From the NCBI GenBank assembly GCA_963836755.1, contig CAWIKF010000002.1, positions 2,112,001 through 2,176,000 of the forward strand: a stretch of 64,000 bases of DNA, written 5' to 3'. The translations under genes were made by a program, and so were the position numbers. This DNA comes from an uncultured Verrucomicrobiae bacterium. GTDB lineage: Bacteria > Verrucomicrobiota > Verrucomicrobiia > Chthoniobacterales > Chthoniobacteraceae. The notes beneath the pieces are model-generated. The model was not told the origin of the DNA. It searched no databases and saw nothing but the letters and a program-made list of their open reading frames with translations. Positions 21,636 through 29,694 of this stretch are shown in pieces (the first letter of the stretch is position 1; each line of letters opens with the position of its first letter).

Positions 21636-22704
21636 TTAGTCGGGATTCTGCTCCGCTTTCAGCGTCGCCATATCGATGACGAAGCGGTATTTGACCTCGC
21701 CTTTCACCACGCGCTCCCACGCTTCATTGATGTCTTGAATGGCGGTCATCTCGACCTCGGGCAGGACGCCGTGCTCGGCACAAAAGTCGAGCATTTCCTG
21801 CGTCTCGCGAATGCCGCCGATGGCGGAGCCGGCGAGCGAACGGCGTTGCATGATGAGCGGGAAAACCTGCGGCGACGGATGCGGCGTGGCCGGCGCGCCG
21901 ACGAGGACCATGGTGCCGTCGAGCTTGAGGAGATTGATGTAGGGATCGAGATTGTGCGCCGCGGCGACGGTATTGACGATGAGGTCGAGCTGGCCGGCGT
22001 AGCGTTTCATTTCCTCGGCGTTTTTCGAAATGATGACGTCGTCGGCGCCGAGCTCTTTGCCGTCGGCGACTTTGTCGGGCGAGGTGGTGAAGAGGATGAC
22101 TTTCGCGCCCATGGCGTGCGCGAGTTTCACGCCCATGTGGCCGAGACCGCCGAGGCCGACGATGCCGACGGTTTTGCCGGGGCCGGCATTCCAATGGCGC
22201 AGCGGCGAATAAAGCGTGATGCCTGCGCAAAGCAGCGGGCCGGCTTTGGAAAGGTCCATGCCTTTGGGCACGCGCAAGACATAGTTTTCATCCACGACGA
22301 TGACGGTGGAGTAGCCGCCCTGCGTCGGCCGGCCGGTTTGCTTCTCGACGCCCATGTAGGTGCCCTGCATTCCCTCGATGCAGTAGTTCTCGAGATCGGC
22401 CTCGCAGTTCGCGCAATGGCGGCAGCTATCGACGATGCAACCAACGCCGACAAAGTCGCCGGCTTTGTGTTTGGTCACGTTTTTCCCGACCTTGACCACC
22501 TGGCCGATGATCTCGTGGCCGACGACCTGCGGATAAGTCAGCGGCATCCATTCGCCGCGCGCGTAGTGCAGATCGGAATGGCAGACGCCGCAATAATAAG
22601 ATGTCGATCTGCACGTCGTCGTCGCCGACATCGCGGCGCTGGAAGTCCCAGGATTTGAGCGGAGTTTTGGCGTCAAAGGCGGCGTAGGAATGGGCGTCGA
22701 TCAT
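21636..22704 (-). pseudogene. Zn-dependent NAD(P)H alcohol/aldehyde dehydrogenase (YahK/CAD-like) with a +1 frameshift near 22596
   Basis: MIDAHSYAA...DVQIDIL lies in one frame; YCGVCHSDLH, GHEIIG, CRHCANC and GLGGLGH lie in another. The minus strand reads ATCTTATTATTGC where ATCTTATATTGC would fuse them. Confidence 0.9.
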
Positions 22705-22827
22705 AATGGGATGTGGAGTTGAGTGAGTGAGTTGAATGGTTCGCTGCGGGCGCTCTTTTTGCGCGTCTTCGTTCTTAAGTTTTACGGTAGGCTGTCCTTT
22801 GATGAAAGATACGATGGAGCGCGACTT

Positions 22828-23631
22828 TTACGTCAGCCGCCTCCGCTGTGGTGCGTGCGAAGTCTGCGCTGACACGCGCGAGACGCGGACTTCGGGGCGA
22901 TAGGTGATGCGCACGAGCAAATCCCCTCGTCCGCCTCTTGGCTTCGGCATTCCTTCGCCGACAATGCGAATGATTTCACCGCGCCCAACACCGGACGGAA
23001 TCTGCACGCGGAGCGGCGCTCCGGCGGGACTGGCGATCATTTCCGTTCCGCCCGCGGCAGCGCGACTCGAGCTGATGCGCAGATCGCAGCGCAGATCGGA
23101 GCCGCGGACTTTGAAACGAAAACCGGGCATGGGTCGCAGGCGCACATTGACGAACCCGCCGGCAAAGACGCCGGTGCGCGGAAGCCTAAAACGGGCGTTC
23201 GGCGCGGTGCCGGGAGGGATGTGCAGCGGATAGGTCTCGGGGCCGTCGGGGTTGGCGGGATCATTGACGCGCACTTCCAGCGATGTGCCACGGAGAAAAT
23301 CTTCGAGGCGAAGACGAACATCTTGCGCGATGTTTCGCTCGATCTTTCCGCCGCGAATGGGGGCTGATGCTTTACCGTTTCCCGTTTCGGAGTCGTAAGC
23401 GCGCCGGCGCGCGGGATCAATCAAGACTTCGTAGGCGGCGTTGAGTTCGCGGGTTCGCTCGTCGGCACTGGGCGAATCCGGATTTACATCGGGATGGTGA
23501 CGCTTTGCGAGCAGCCGGTAGGCGCCGCGAATCTGCGCGGCAGTGCAGGATCGGTCGAGGCCAAGCGTGGCGTAATGATCGGGTTCCAGTTGCAATCGTT
23601 TACAAAAAATGTGGCGCAATCCTATCACCAT
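22828..23631 (-). CDS. J-domain protein with DnaJ C-terminal domain (CbpA-like; start uncertain)
   Basis: DHYATLGL, HPD motif, LNAAYEVL.DP..R..YD, GEGMP...GRGDL. No Zn-finger region. Confidence 0.88.
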   Translation of the reverse strand: MVIGLRHIFCKRLQLEPDHYATLGLDRSCTAAQIRGAYRLLAKRHHPDVNPDSPSADERTRELNAAYEVLIDPARRRAYDSETGNGKASAPIRGGKIERNIAQDVRLRLEDFLRGTSLEVRVNDPANPDGPETYPLHIPPGTAPNARFRLPRTGVFAGGFVNVRLRPMPGFRFKVRGSDLRCDLRISSSRAAAGGTEMIASPAGAPLRVQIPSGVGRGEIIRIVGEGMPKPRGGRGDLLVRITYRPEVRVSRVSAQTSHAPQRRRLT

Positions 23632-23708
23632 GCGCTTAGTCCGTTAAACTGTTTACTGGTTTATCTTTCGCCGGTTCGGTGGGAAGCTAAAGGAATAGCT
23701 CGTATCGC

Positions 23709-25241
23709 ATGAAGAAGGACAACGGAAATCCCACGAAAGAACTCTACCAGCAGTTGCGCATGCTCACGTGCGACGAGCTATGGGACAAGGAGGTGACGCG
23801 GTTTAATCGTGCAGCTCCGCGCGAGCGACTGGAAAGAGTGGCCGTCGTGCGTGCGGTAGGTGTGGTCTTCTCGGAATCCGGGACTGAGATTCATAAAAAC
23901 AACGCGCGAAGCTGGCTGCGTGGACTGCTCAATGATCCTGCTGAAAAAATACGACGCTATGCGATCGCGGCCTTACCGAAGATCGGCGCGGGAGTGAACG
24001 AAGAAGCGGAACTTTTATCCCTGCTGGAAACAGCGAAAGTAGATCGCGAGAAGAAGTTTCTAGGTCATGCCCTGGAAAAAATCGGCGGCAGGAGGACCTT
24101 GGAAGTGATCGAGAAAAGTGGACTGGACTTGCAAACTCGTCAGAAGGTTAGAGCCAGTGTCGCACGACATGAGAGTCCTAGCGCGATCCGCATGGCTGCT
24201 GTGGTTGCGAATTACAAAGGACTGCGCATACACCTCCGCGGTCGTGATGGGTTGGAGAGCATCGTGGCTGATGAGGTAAAAGAATCGCCATCGGCGCGGA
24301 AGAAATTCCACGTCGAGCACGTCGGCCGTGGACTAGTAGCCATTACTCCAGCAGCTCCTTTTACACTCGCCGATATCTATCAGCTTCGCTGCTTTGGAAC
24401 CGTCAGCTTCGTTCTAGGTGTGGCAAATAAGTCTCACGAGATGGAAGCTCTCGCTTCGCTCATTACTTCACCACTCTCGCGGCGACTCTTTGAGACCTTT
24501 ACGGAAGGTTCCATTCGCTACCGCCTCGACTTTGTCGCCAAAGGTCATCAAAGAGGCGCGGTGCGGCAGATCGCCAATCGCATTTTTGCCTTATGCCCGG
24601 AGATACTGAATGACGCACGCAACGCTCCGTGGACGATCGCCATTTATGCTGCGGAACAAGGCGGCACGGTGGAGTTAAGTCCCAGGCTAGTTCCCGATCC
24701 GCGTCTCTACTTCCGGCGGCAGGATGTTCCCGCCGCATCGCACCCTCCCCTCGCCGCCTGCATAGCCCGTGTGGCGAGGCAGATGGCTGATGAGATAGTT
24801 TGGGACCCGTTCTGCGGCTCGGGGCTGGAGCTCATCGAGCGGGCGCTGCTTGGCGGAGTTCGCAGCCTTTACGGCACAGACCTAAGCGCCGATGCCATCG
24901 CGACTGCGAGGAACAATCTGGCCGCGGCAAAGCTCGCTCCTATGGAAACAAAGTTTACCTGCGGCGACTTCCGCGACTTTGCTGAGACGTTGAGCCCTAG
25001 CAGCGTCAGCCTCGTGATCACCAATCCGCCGATGGGAAAGCGTGTTCCGATTCCCGACCTGCGCGGCTTGATCGCGGACTTGTTCACCGTGTCGGCGAGA
25101 GTATTGAAACCGGGCGGCCGCCTCGTGTTTGCCAATCCATTTCGGATGGAAAGCCCTTCCCGCTCCTTGAAGCTCCAGTTCCGGCAAAGGGTGGATTTCG
25201 GTGGCTTCGATTGCTGGCTGGAGAAGTATCTGAAGACTTAG
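23709..25241 (+). CDS. HEAT-repeat plus class I SAM-dependent amino-methyltransferase (RlmL/Trm14-like C-terminus)
   Basis: LLNDPAEKIRRYAIAALPKIG (HEAT-like), DPFCGSG.ELIE (motif I), ITNPPMG (motif IV), LKPGG. Confidence 0.75.
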   Translation: MKKDNGNPTKELYQQLRMLTCDELWDKEVTRFNRAAPRERLERVAVVRAVGVVFSESGTEIHKNNARSWLRGLLNDPAEKIRRYAIAALPKIGAGVNEEAELLSLLETAKVDREKKFLGHALEKIGGRRTLEVIEKSGLDLQTRQKVRASVARHESPSAIRMAAVVANYKGLRIHLRGRDGLESIVADEVKESPSARKKFHVEHVGRGLVAITPAAPFTLADIYQLRCFGTVSFVLGVANKSHEMEALASLITSPLSRRLFETFTEGSIRYRLDFVAKGHQRGAVRQIANRIFALCPEILNDARNAPWTIAIYAAEQGGTVELSPRLVPDPRLYFRRQDVPAASHPPLAACIARVARQMADEIVWDPFCGSGLELIERALLGGVRSLYGTDLSADAIATARNNLAAAKLAPMETKFTCGDFRDFAETLSPSSVSLVITNPPMGKRVPIPDLRGLIADLFTVSARVLKPGGRLVFANPFRMESPSRSLKLQFRQRVDFGGFDCWLEKYLKT

Positions 25242-25719
25242 CGAAAGACCCGCGATCTTCACCGTTGACATGAGCTGGCGCGTTTCAAAAACTGCGCAGA
25301 CCTATGGCACGAACTACGTTTCGCGAGCGGCGGCTGCGGAGTAATCGGCACGCTTCGCAACAATGAGCACGCTTGCCGATGAGTTTGTAGTATGGGTGAT
25401 GGCGGAGGAGCGGACGCAGGAAATTCCCCGGCTGGACCGAGGACGACGAGAAGGCATGAGGGAAGGATTCGGAAACGAAAACGCCATAGTTCCGACAAGG
25501 CCGCGCACGTAGCTTTGTAACATTTGGGTGACAATGCCATTCGCTTTTGCCGTCTCGCCCGGAAGCGTGTAACATCGTCGGCATATCGAGCCAAAACCAT
25601 CCAATGCCACTTGGACGCCGGTCGATCTGCGCACGCTGATCGGTCACACCCTCTCCGTCCCGGCGAACTGCCCGCTGGAGCAAGTCCACCAGCAGTTCGG
25701 AACGCACAATCGGAAATTC

Positions 25720-26892
25720 ATGGCCGTGCTCGATGGCGATGAAGTGCTAGGCGTGTGCTCGCGGCACGAGATCGGCATGCGGCTCGGCGCGCGCTATGGC
25801 TTCGCACTTTTCTCCCGCAAACCGGTGCGCAACTTTCTCTCCTCCTCGCCTCTCCTCGTGCAGGAGGATCAGGCGATCACCAGCGTCCTCGAAACGGTCT
25901 CGTCGCGCTCGGATGAAAGTTTTTACGACGATGTGCTGTTGCTCGATGCGAACGGGAAATTTCTCGGCCTGATCTTTGTCCACGCGCTCGTCCGGCTGCA
26001 GACGCAATTCCTCAGCGACAACATCGGCTTGCTCGAGGAGCAAAAGCGGGTGATCGATGAAAAGAATCGGCAGATGGAGGAAGATCTCGCCATGGCCCGC
26101 GAGATGCAGCTCGCGATGCTGCCGCGCGGGCAACTTTGCTTTCCCGCCGGTGCCGATGCCAGCGACCCCTTGATCCGATTCGCGCGGATCTACGTGCCGA
26201 CGCAAAAGGTCGGAGGCGACTTTGTCCACGTCGTGCAGCTGGGCGACGAATGCGTCGGCGTATTCATCGCCGATGTCATGGGTCATGGCGTTCGCGCCGC
26301 GCTCGTCACTGCGATGCTGCGCGCATTCGTCGAGGAGACTGGCTCCCGCGGCACCGAGCCCGGCCAATTACTCACGCAGCTCAATCGCGACCTTACCGCC
26401 ATCCTTCGCGAAGCCGGCGACCTCACCTTTGCCACCGCCTTTTATCTCATCGTCGACAGCCGCGCCGGGATGTTGCGCTACGCATGCGCGGGACATCCGT
26501 GCCCGGCCCGACTCAACCGGCGTCTCGGCACGGTCGAAATGCTCCACTGCCCGCGCACGATCGCGGGTCCCGGCTTGTGCGTCTTTCCCAATGCCGTCTA
26601 CGGCACGAGCCAAAGCAGCATCGAGGACGACGATGTCATCCTGCTCTACACCGACGGCGTCACCGAGGCGAGTAACTCCGACGACGAACTTTTCGGCATC
26701 GAACGCCTTCAGCAGGCTTTGCAAAAACATGCCATGCTCGAAGTGACCGCACTCGCCGAAGCCGTTTATAGCGAAGTCGAGCATTTCGCCGCCGACGCCC
26801 CCTTCGCCGACGACATCTGCCTCGCAGCGCTGAATGTCAGCCTTTGCGACTCGCCTCATGGGCTAGTGAAGGTGGGCCAGCAGCACGAGTAG
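25720..26892 (+). CDS. CBS-pair plus SpoIIE/PP2C-type phosphatase (true start probably near 25611)
   Basis: CBS-like N-terminus and coiled linker, then VGGDF, ADVMGHG, AGHP, LYTDGVTE, DDI. The frame is open upstream to 25573. Confidence 0.88.
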   Translation: MAVLDGDEVLGVCSRHEIGMRLGARYGFALFSRKPVRNFLSSSPLLVQEDQAITSVLETVSSRSDESFYDDVLLLDANGKFLGLIFVHALVRLQTQFLSDNIGLLEEQKRVIDEKNRQMEEDLAMAREMQLAMLPRGQLCFPAGADASDPLIRFARIYVPTQKVGGDFVHVVQLGDECVGVFIADVMGHGVRAALVTAMLRAFVEETGSRGTEPGQLLTQLNRDLTAILREAGDLTFATAFYLIVDSRAGMLRYACAGHPCPARLNRRLGTVEMLHCPRTIAGPGLCVFPNAVYGTSQSSIEDDDVILLYTDGVTEASNSDDELFGIERLQQALQKHAMLEVTALAEAVYSEVEHFAADAPFADDICLAALNVSLCDSPHGLVKVGQQHE

Positions 26893-26901
26893 AAGACTGC
26901 A

Positions 26902-26986
26902 GCTAAAAGCTTGCTGGAGCCAACCGAGAAAAGGCGGCGAGCTTTGTGCCGAGGCGTGGCTCATGGGCGAGGCTGGACTTTTAGAG
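26902..26986 (+). repeat. Degenerate attC-like imperfect palindrome
   Basis: Outer CTAAAAG/CTTTTAG arms and inner GAGCCAAC/GTGGCTC arms with one extrahelical base. The canonical AAC/GTT core is absent. Confidence 0.35.
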
Positions 26987-27010
26987 TCCTAAGACCTTAA
27001 GCGATGGCAT

Positions 27011-27220
27011 TTGATTACTAGAAACACAGTTTTCATTCTAGGTGCCGGAGCTAGAGGAGCTGTGGGATATCCGTTGAGCAAGACGCTGCACGATGACCTT
27101 ATTACCCACATTTCTAATCGTTGGATTTTCCAAGGAGTCAGCGAGATTGACCTCAGTTTGGCAGAAGAGGAGTATCCGAGGCTCAGTAGTGGGCGTAGCC
27201 GGCATCACCGACTGGAGTGA
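27011..27220 (+). pseudogene. Truncated SIR2-like protein N-terminus
   Basis: TVFILGAGA...GYP..L matches the sirtuin-like GAGxS..xG.P start. Only 69 aa; AT-rich. Confidence 0.6.
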
Positions 27221-27304
27221 CAGCGGGAGTTTGATGGTGGTGTAGCAGTCGCGGCAGCAAATCCGACCATCCGGCGAAGCGATGGCGTGCGAAATATTGG
27301 CGAC

Positions 27305-27646
27305 ATGGGATTGGTGAAACGCAAAACTCGCAAGGCGATCAAGAAGCAGGTCGGCAAAGTCATCAAGAAGCAGGGGCCGCAAATCGCGGCGGCGCTGGCG
27401 GCTTCGGTCTTGTCCAGTCTGGCGACGATGCTTTCGGCCGATTCGGAGACTGGCAAAAAGGCGAAGAAGAAGCTCACGAACACGGGCGCGGCGACTGGCG
27501 ATGCGGTTCATCTGCTCGGCAATGCTTTGTCGAAAATCCCGGCGGTGCAAAAGACGGTGGATGTCGTAGCCGAGACGGTCGGCGTTTCTAAAAAAAAGAA
27601 CCGCCCTGGCAAGGGTCGCGCGAAGGCGAACGGCGCGGAACAATAG
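27305..27646 (+). CDS. Lys/Ala-rich hypothetical protein
   Basis: Open frame with host-like codon use and basic termini. Confidence 0.6.
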   Translation: MGLVKRKTRKAIKKQVGKVIKKQGPQIAAALAASVLSSLATMLSADSETGKKAKKKLTNTGAATGDAVHLLGNALSKIPAVQKTVDVVAETVGVSKKKNRPGKGRAKANGAEQ

Positions 27647-27660
27647 GGCATGAACTGGCT

Positions 27661-28008
27661 GTGTCGATTCACGATTGGCTGCGGCACCCGAAGGATGCGG
27701 CGCTCTCCGCGGGCGCGCGGTTTTACTGCAATCACAAACTGCGGGAGATGGGCGAGATGACGGAATTTTCAATTGATACAAAGAATCACTCAGTGCGACT
27801 GCGTCTGGATTTGCTCGGCGAACCCCAGCCGATCGAGGTGCAAGTCGCGAAGTTTTCGCTCAAGACAAAAGGCGGCGAGACGCGGATCGTGGTGGAGGAA
27901 GCGTCGGCGTCGCGCGAATGGATGAACGTGGCGCTGCGTGAGTTCGTGGTCGGGAAATCGTTCCCGGTGCCGCCGCAAGCGGCAACGTTGCTGAAGGTGC
28001 TCGTGTAG
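27661..28008 (+). CDS. Hypothetical protein
   Basis: 115-aa ORF 14 nt after the previous stop, with protein-like composition. Confidence 0.7.
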   Translation: MSIHDWLRHPKDAALSAGARFYCNHKLREMGEMTEFSIDTKNHSVRLRLDLLGEPQPIEVQVAKFSLKTKGGETRIVVEEASASREWMNVALREFVVGKSFPVPPQAATLLKVLV

Positions 28009-28144
28009 GTGTCGCGCGCGGCTGATGGGCTGGCGCAACTTTTACTCCGACGGGAAGACGAGAGCTATGCGCTGAGGCTCGACATCGCGCTCAACTTCCA
28101 CAAGGATGCGCACGCCGTTAAGCATTTTTCCAAAGGAGAATATC

Positions 28145-29311
28145 ATGAGCTCAGTCCGCGTATTAGTTGGCACGAAGAAAGGGGCGTTCGTCCTCACATC
28201 CGATGGGACGCGCAGCGATTGGAAAGTGACCGGGCCGCACTTCGCCGGCTGGGAGATTTACCATCTCAAGGGCTCGCCGGTCGATCCGGAGATCATCTAC
28301 GCGTCGCAGTCGAGCGGCTGGTTCGGCCAGGTGATTCAGCGCTCGGTCGATGGCGGGAAAACGTGGAATCCGCCGGGCAGCCGACCGGAGGATTTGGTCG
28401 GGCCGGGCGGCATGCCCAACGGCGCGAGCAACCTTTTCAACTACGAAGGCGGGACCGGCACGCACAAATGGTATGACGGGACGCAGCACCCGTGGGAATT
28501 TAAGCGCGTCTGGCATCTCGAGCCCTCGCACGACGACCCGAATACCGTCTTCGCCGGCGTGGAGGATGCCGCGCTTTTCAAGACGACCGATGGCGGCAAA
28601 AGCTGGAACGAACTCCCGGCCCTGCGCGGCACGAAGGGAAGCCTCTGGCAGCCGGGCGCGGGCGGGATGGCGGTGCACACGATCTTGCTCGATCAAAAGA
28701 ATCCGCAGCGCATTTACGTCGCGATCTCGGCGGCGGGCGCGTTTCGCTCCGATGACGCCGGCGCGACATGGAAGCCGATTAACCGCGGGCTGAAGTCGCC
28801 TTACGAACTTCCCGATCCCGATGCGGAAGTCGGCCATTGCGTCCATCGCATCGCGCTGCATCCGTCGCGGCCCGATGTCCTTTTCATGCAGAAGCATTGG
28901 GACGTGTTGCGCACCGACGATTCCGGCGAGCAATGGACCGAAGTCAGCGGCGATCTGCCGAGCGACTTCGGTTTCCCCATCGATGTCCACGCGCACGAGC
29001 CCGAGACGATCTATGTGGTGCCGATCAAGAGCGACTCCGAGCATTTCCCGCCCGAGGGCAAGCTGCGCGTCTATCGCAGCCGGACCGGCGGCAACGAATG
29101 GGAGCCGCTGACGAAAGGTCTGCCGCAAGAGCATTGCTACGTGAATGTCCTGCGCGACGCCATGGCTGTCGATTCGCTCGATGACTGCGGGATTTATTTC
29201 GGCACGACCGGCGGCCAGGTCTACTGCTCGCCCAATGGCGGCGACACATGGGCGCCGATCGTGCGCGATTTGCCGCCGGTCTATTCCGTGGAAGTGCAGA
29301 CGCTGCGGTGA
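28145..29311 (+). CDS. BNR/Asp-box beta-propeller (sialidase-like/VPS10-like) protein
   Basis: Repeated S/T-x-D-x-G-x-T/S-W boxes ([40 protein letters not shown]). SD AAGGAG before ATG 28145. Confidence 0.9.
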   Translation: MSSVRVLVGTKKGAFVLTSDGTRSDWKVTGPHFAGWEIYHLKGSPVDPEIIYASQSSGWFGQVIQRSVDGGKTWNPPGSRPEDLVGPGGMPNGASNLFNYEGGTGTHKWYDGTQHPWEFKRVWHLEPSHDDPNTVFAGVEDAALFKTTDGGKSWNELPALRGTKGSLWQPGAGGMAVHTILLDQKNPQRIYVAISAAGAFRSDDAGATWKPINRGLKSPYELPDPDAEVGHCVHRIALHPSRPDVLFMQKHWDVLRTDDSGEQWTEVSGDLPSDFGFPIDVHAHEPETIYVVPIKSDSEHFPPEGKLRVYRSRTGGNEWEPLTKGLPQEHCYVNVLRDAMAVDSLDDCGIYFGTTGGQVYCSPNGGDTWAPIVRDLPPVYSVEVQTLR

Positions 29312-29386
29312 AGTAGTAGGAGTGCTTGGTAAGTAGTGCTTGGTAAACACTGACACTTACTACTAAGCACTAGGCACTAAGCACTA
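29312..29386. repeat. Inverted heptamer microrepeats (AGTGCTT / AAGCACT)
   Basis: AGTGCTTGGTAA twice, then AAGCACT-AGGCACT-AAGCACT; can fold into a hairpin. Confidence 0.75.
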
Positions 29387-29388
29387 AA

Positions 29389-29691
29389 ATGCCTTCCATC
29401 CGCATCATCATCCCCTACCACCTGCGCAATCTCGCGCACGTCGACTCTGAAGTGCGGCTCGAAATCGCACCGCCGGTCGCCATCGGCAAAGTCCTCGATG
29501 CACTGGAGGAAAAGTTTCCGGTCCTTCGCGGCACGATTCGCGATCACGTCACGCGGCAGCGCCGACCTTTCATCCGCTTCTTCGCCTGCCAGGAAGATTT
29601 TTCGCTCCACTCGCCCGACGCGGAATTGCCCGCGGCTGTAGTCAATGGCGAGGAGCCATTGATGATCGTCGGTGCGATGGCCGGCGGGTGA
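29389..29691 (+). CDS. MoaD/ThiS-family ubiquitin-like protein
   Basis: Beta-grasp pattern, [10 protein letters not shown] and C-terminal AMAGG. Confidence 0.9.
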   Translation: MPSIRIIIPYHLRNLAHVDSEVRLEIAPPVAIGKVLDALEEKFPVLRGTIRDHVTRQRRPFIRFFACQEDFSLHSPDAELPAAVVNGEEPLMIVGAMAGG

Positions 29692-29694
29692 GCC

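Noticed and set aside
17661..25241. REase-NTPase and the 23709 methyltransferase as a restriction-modification pair
   Set aside because: They are separated by four unrelated genes, and the methyltransferase resembles THUMP-type RNA methylases rather than DNA methylases.
25245..25510. Short ORFs between the methyltransferase and the phosphatase
   Set aside because: No recognisable motif or convincing start signal; cannot be supported as genes.
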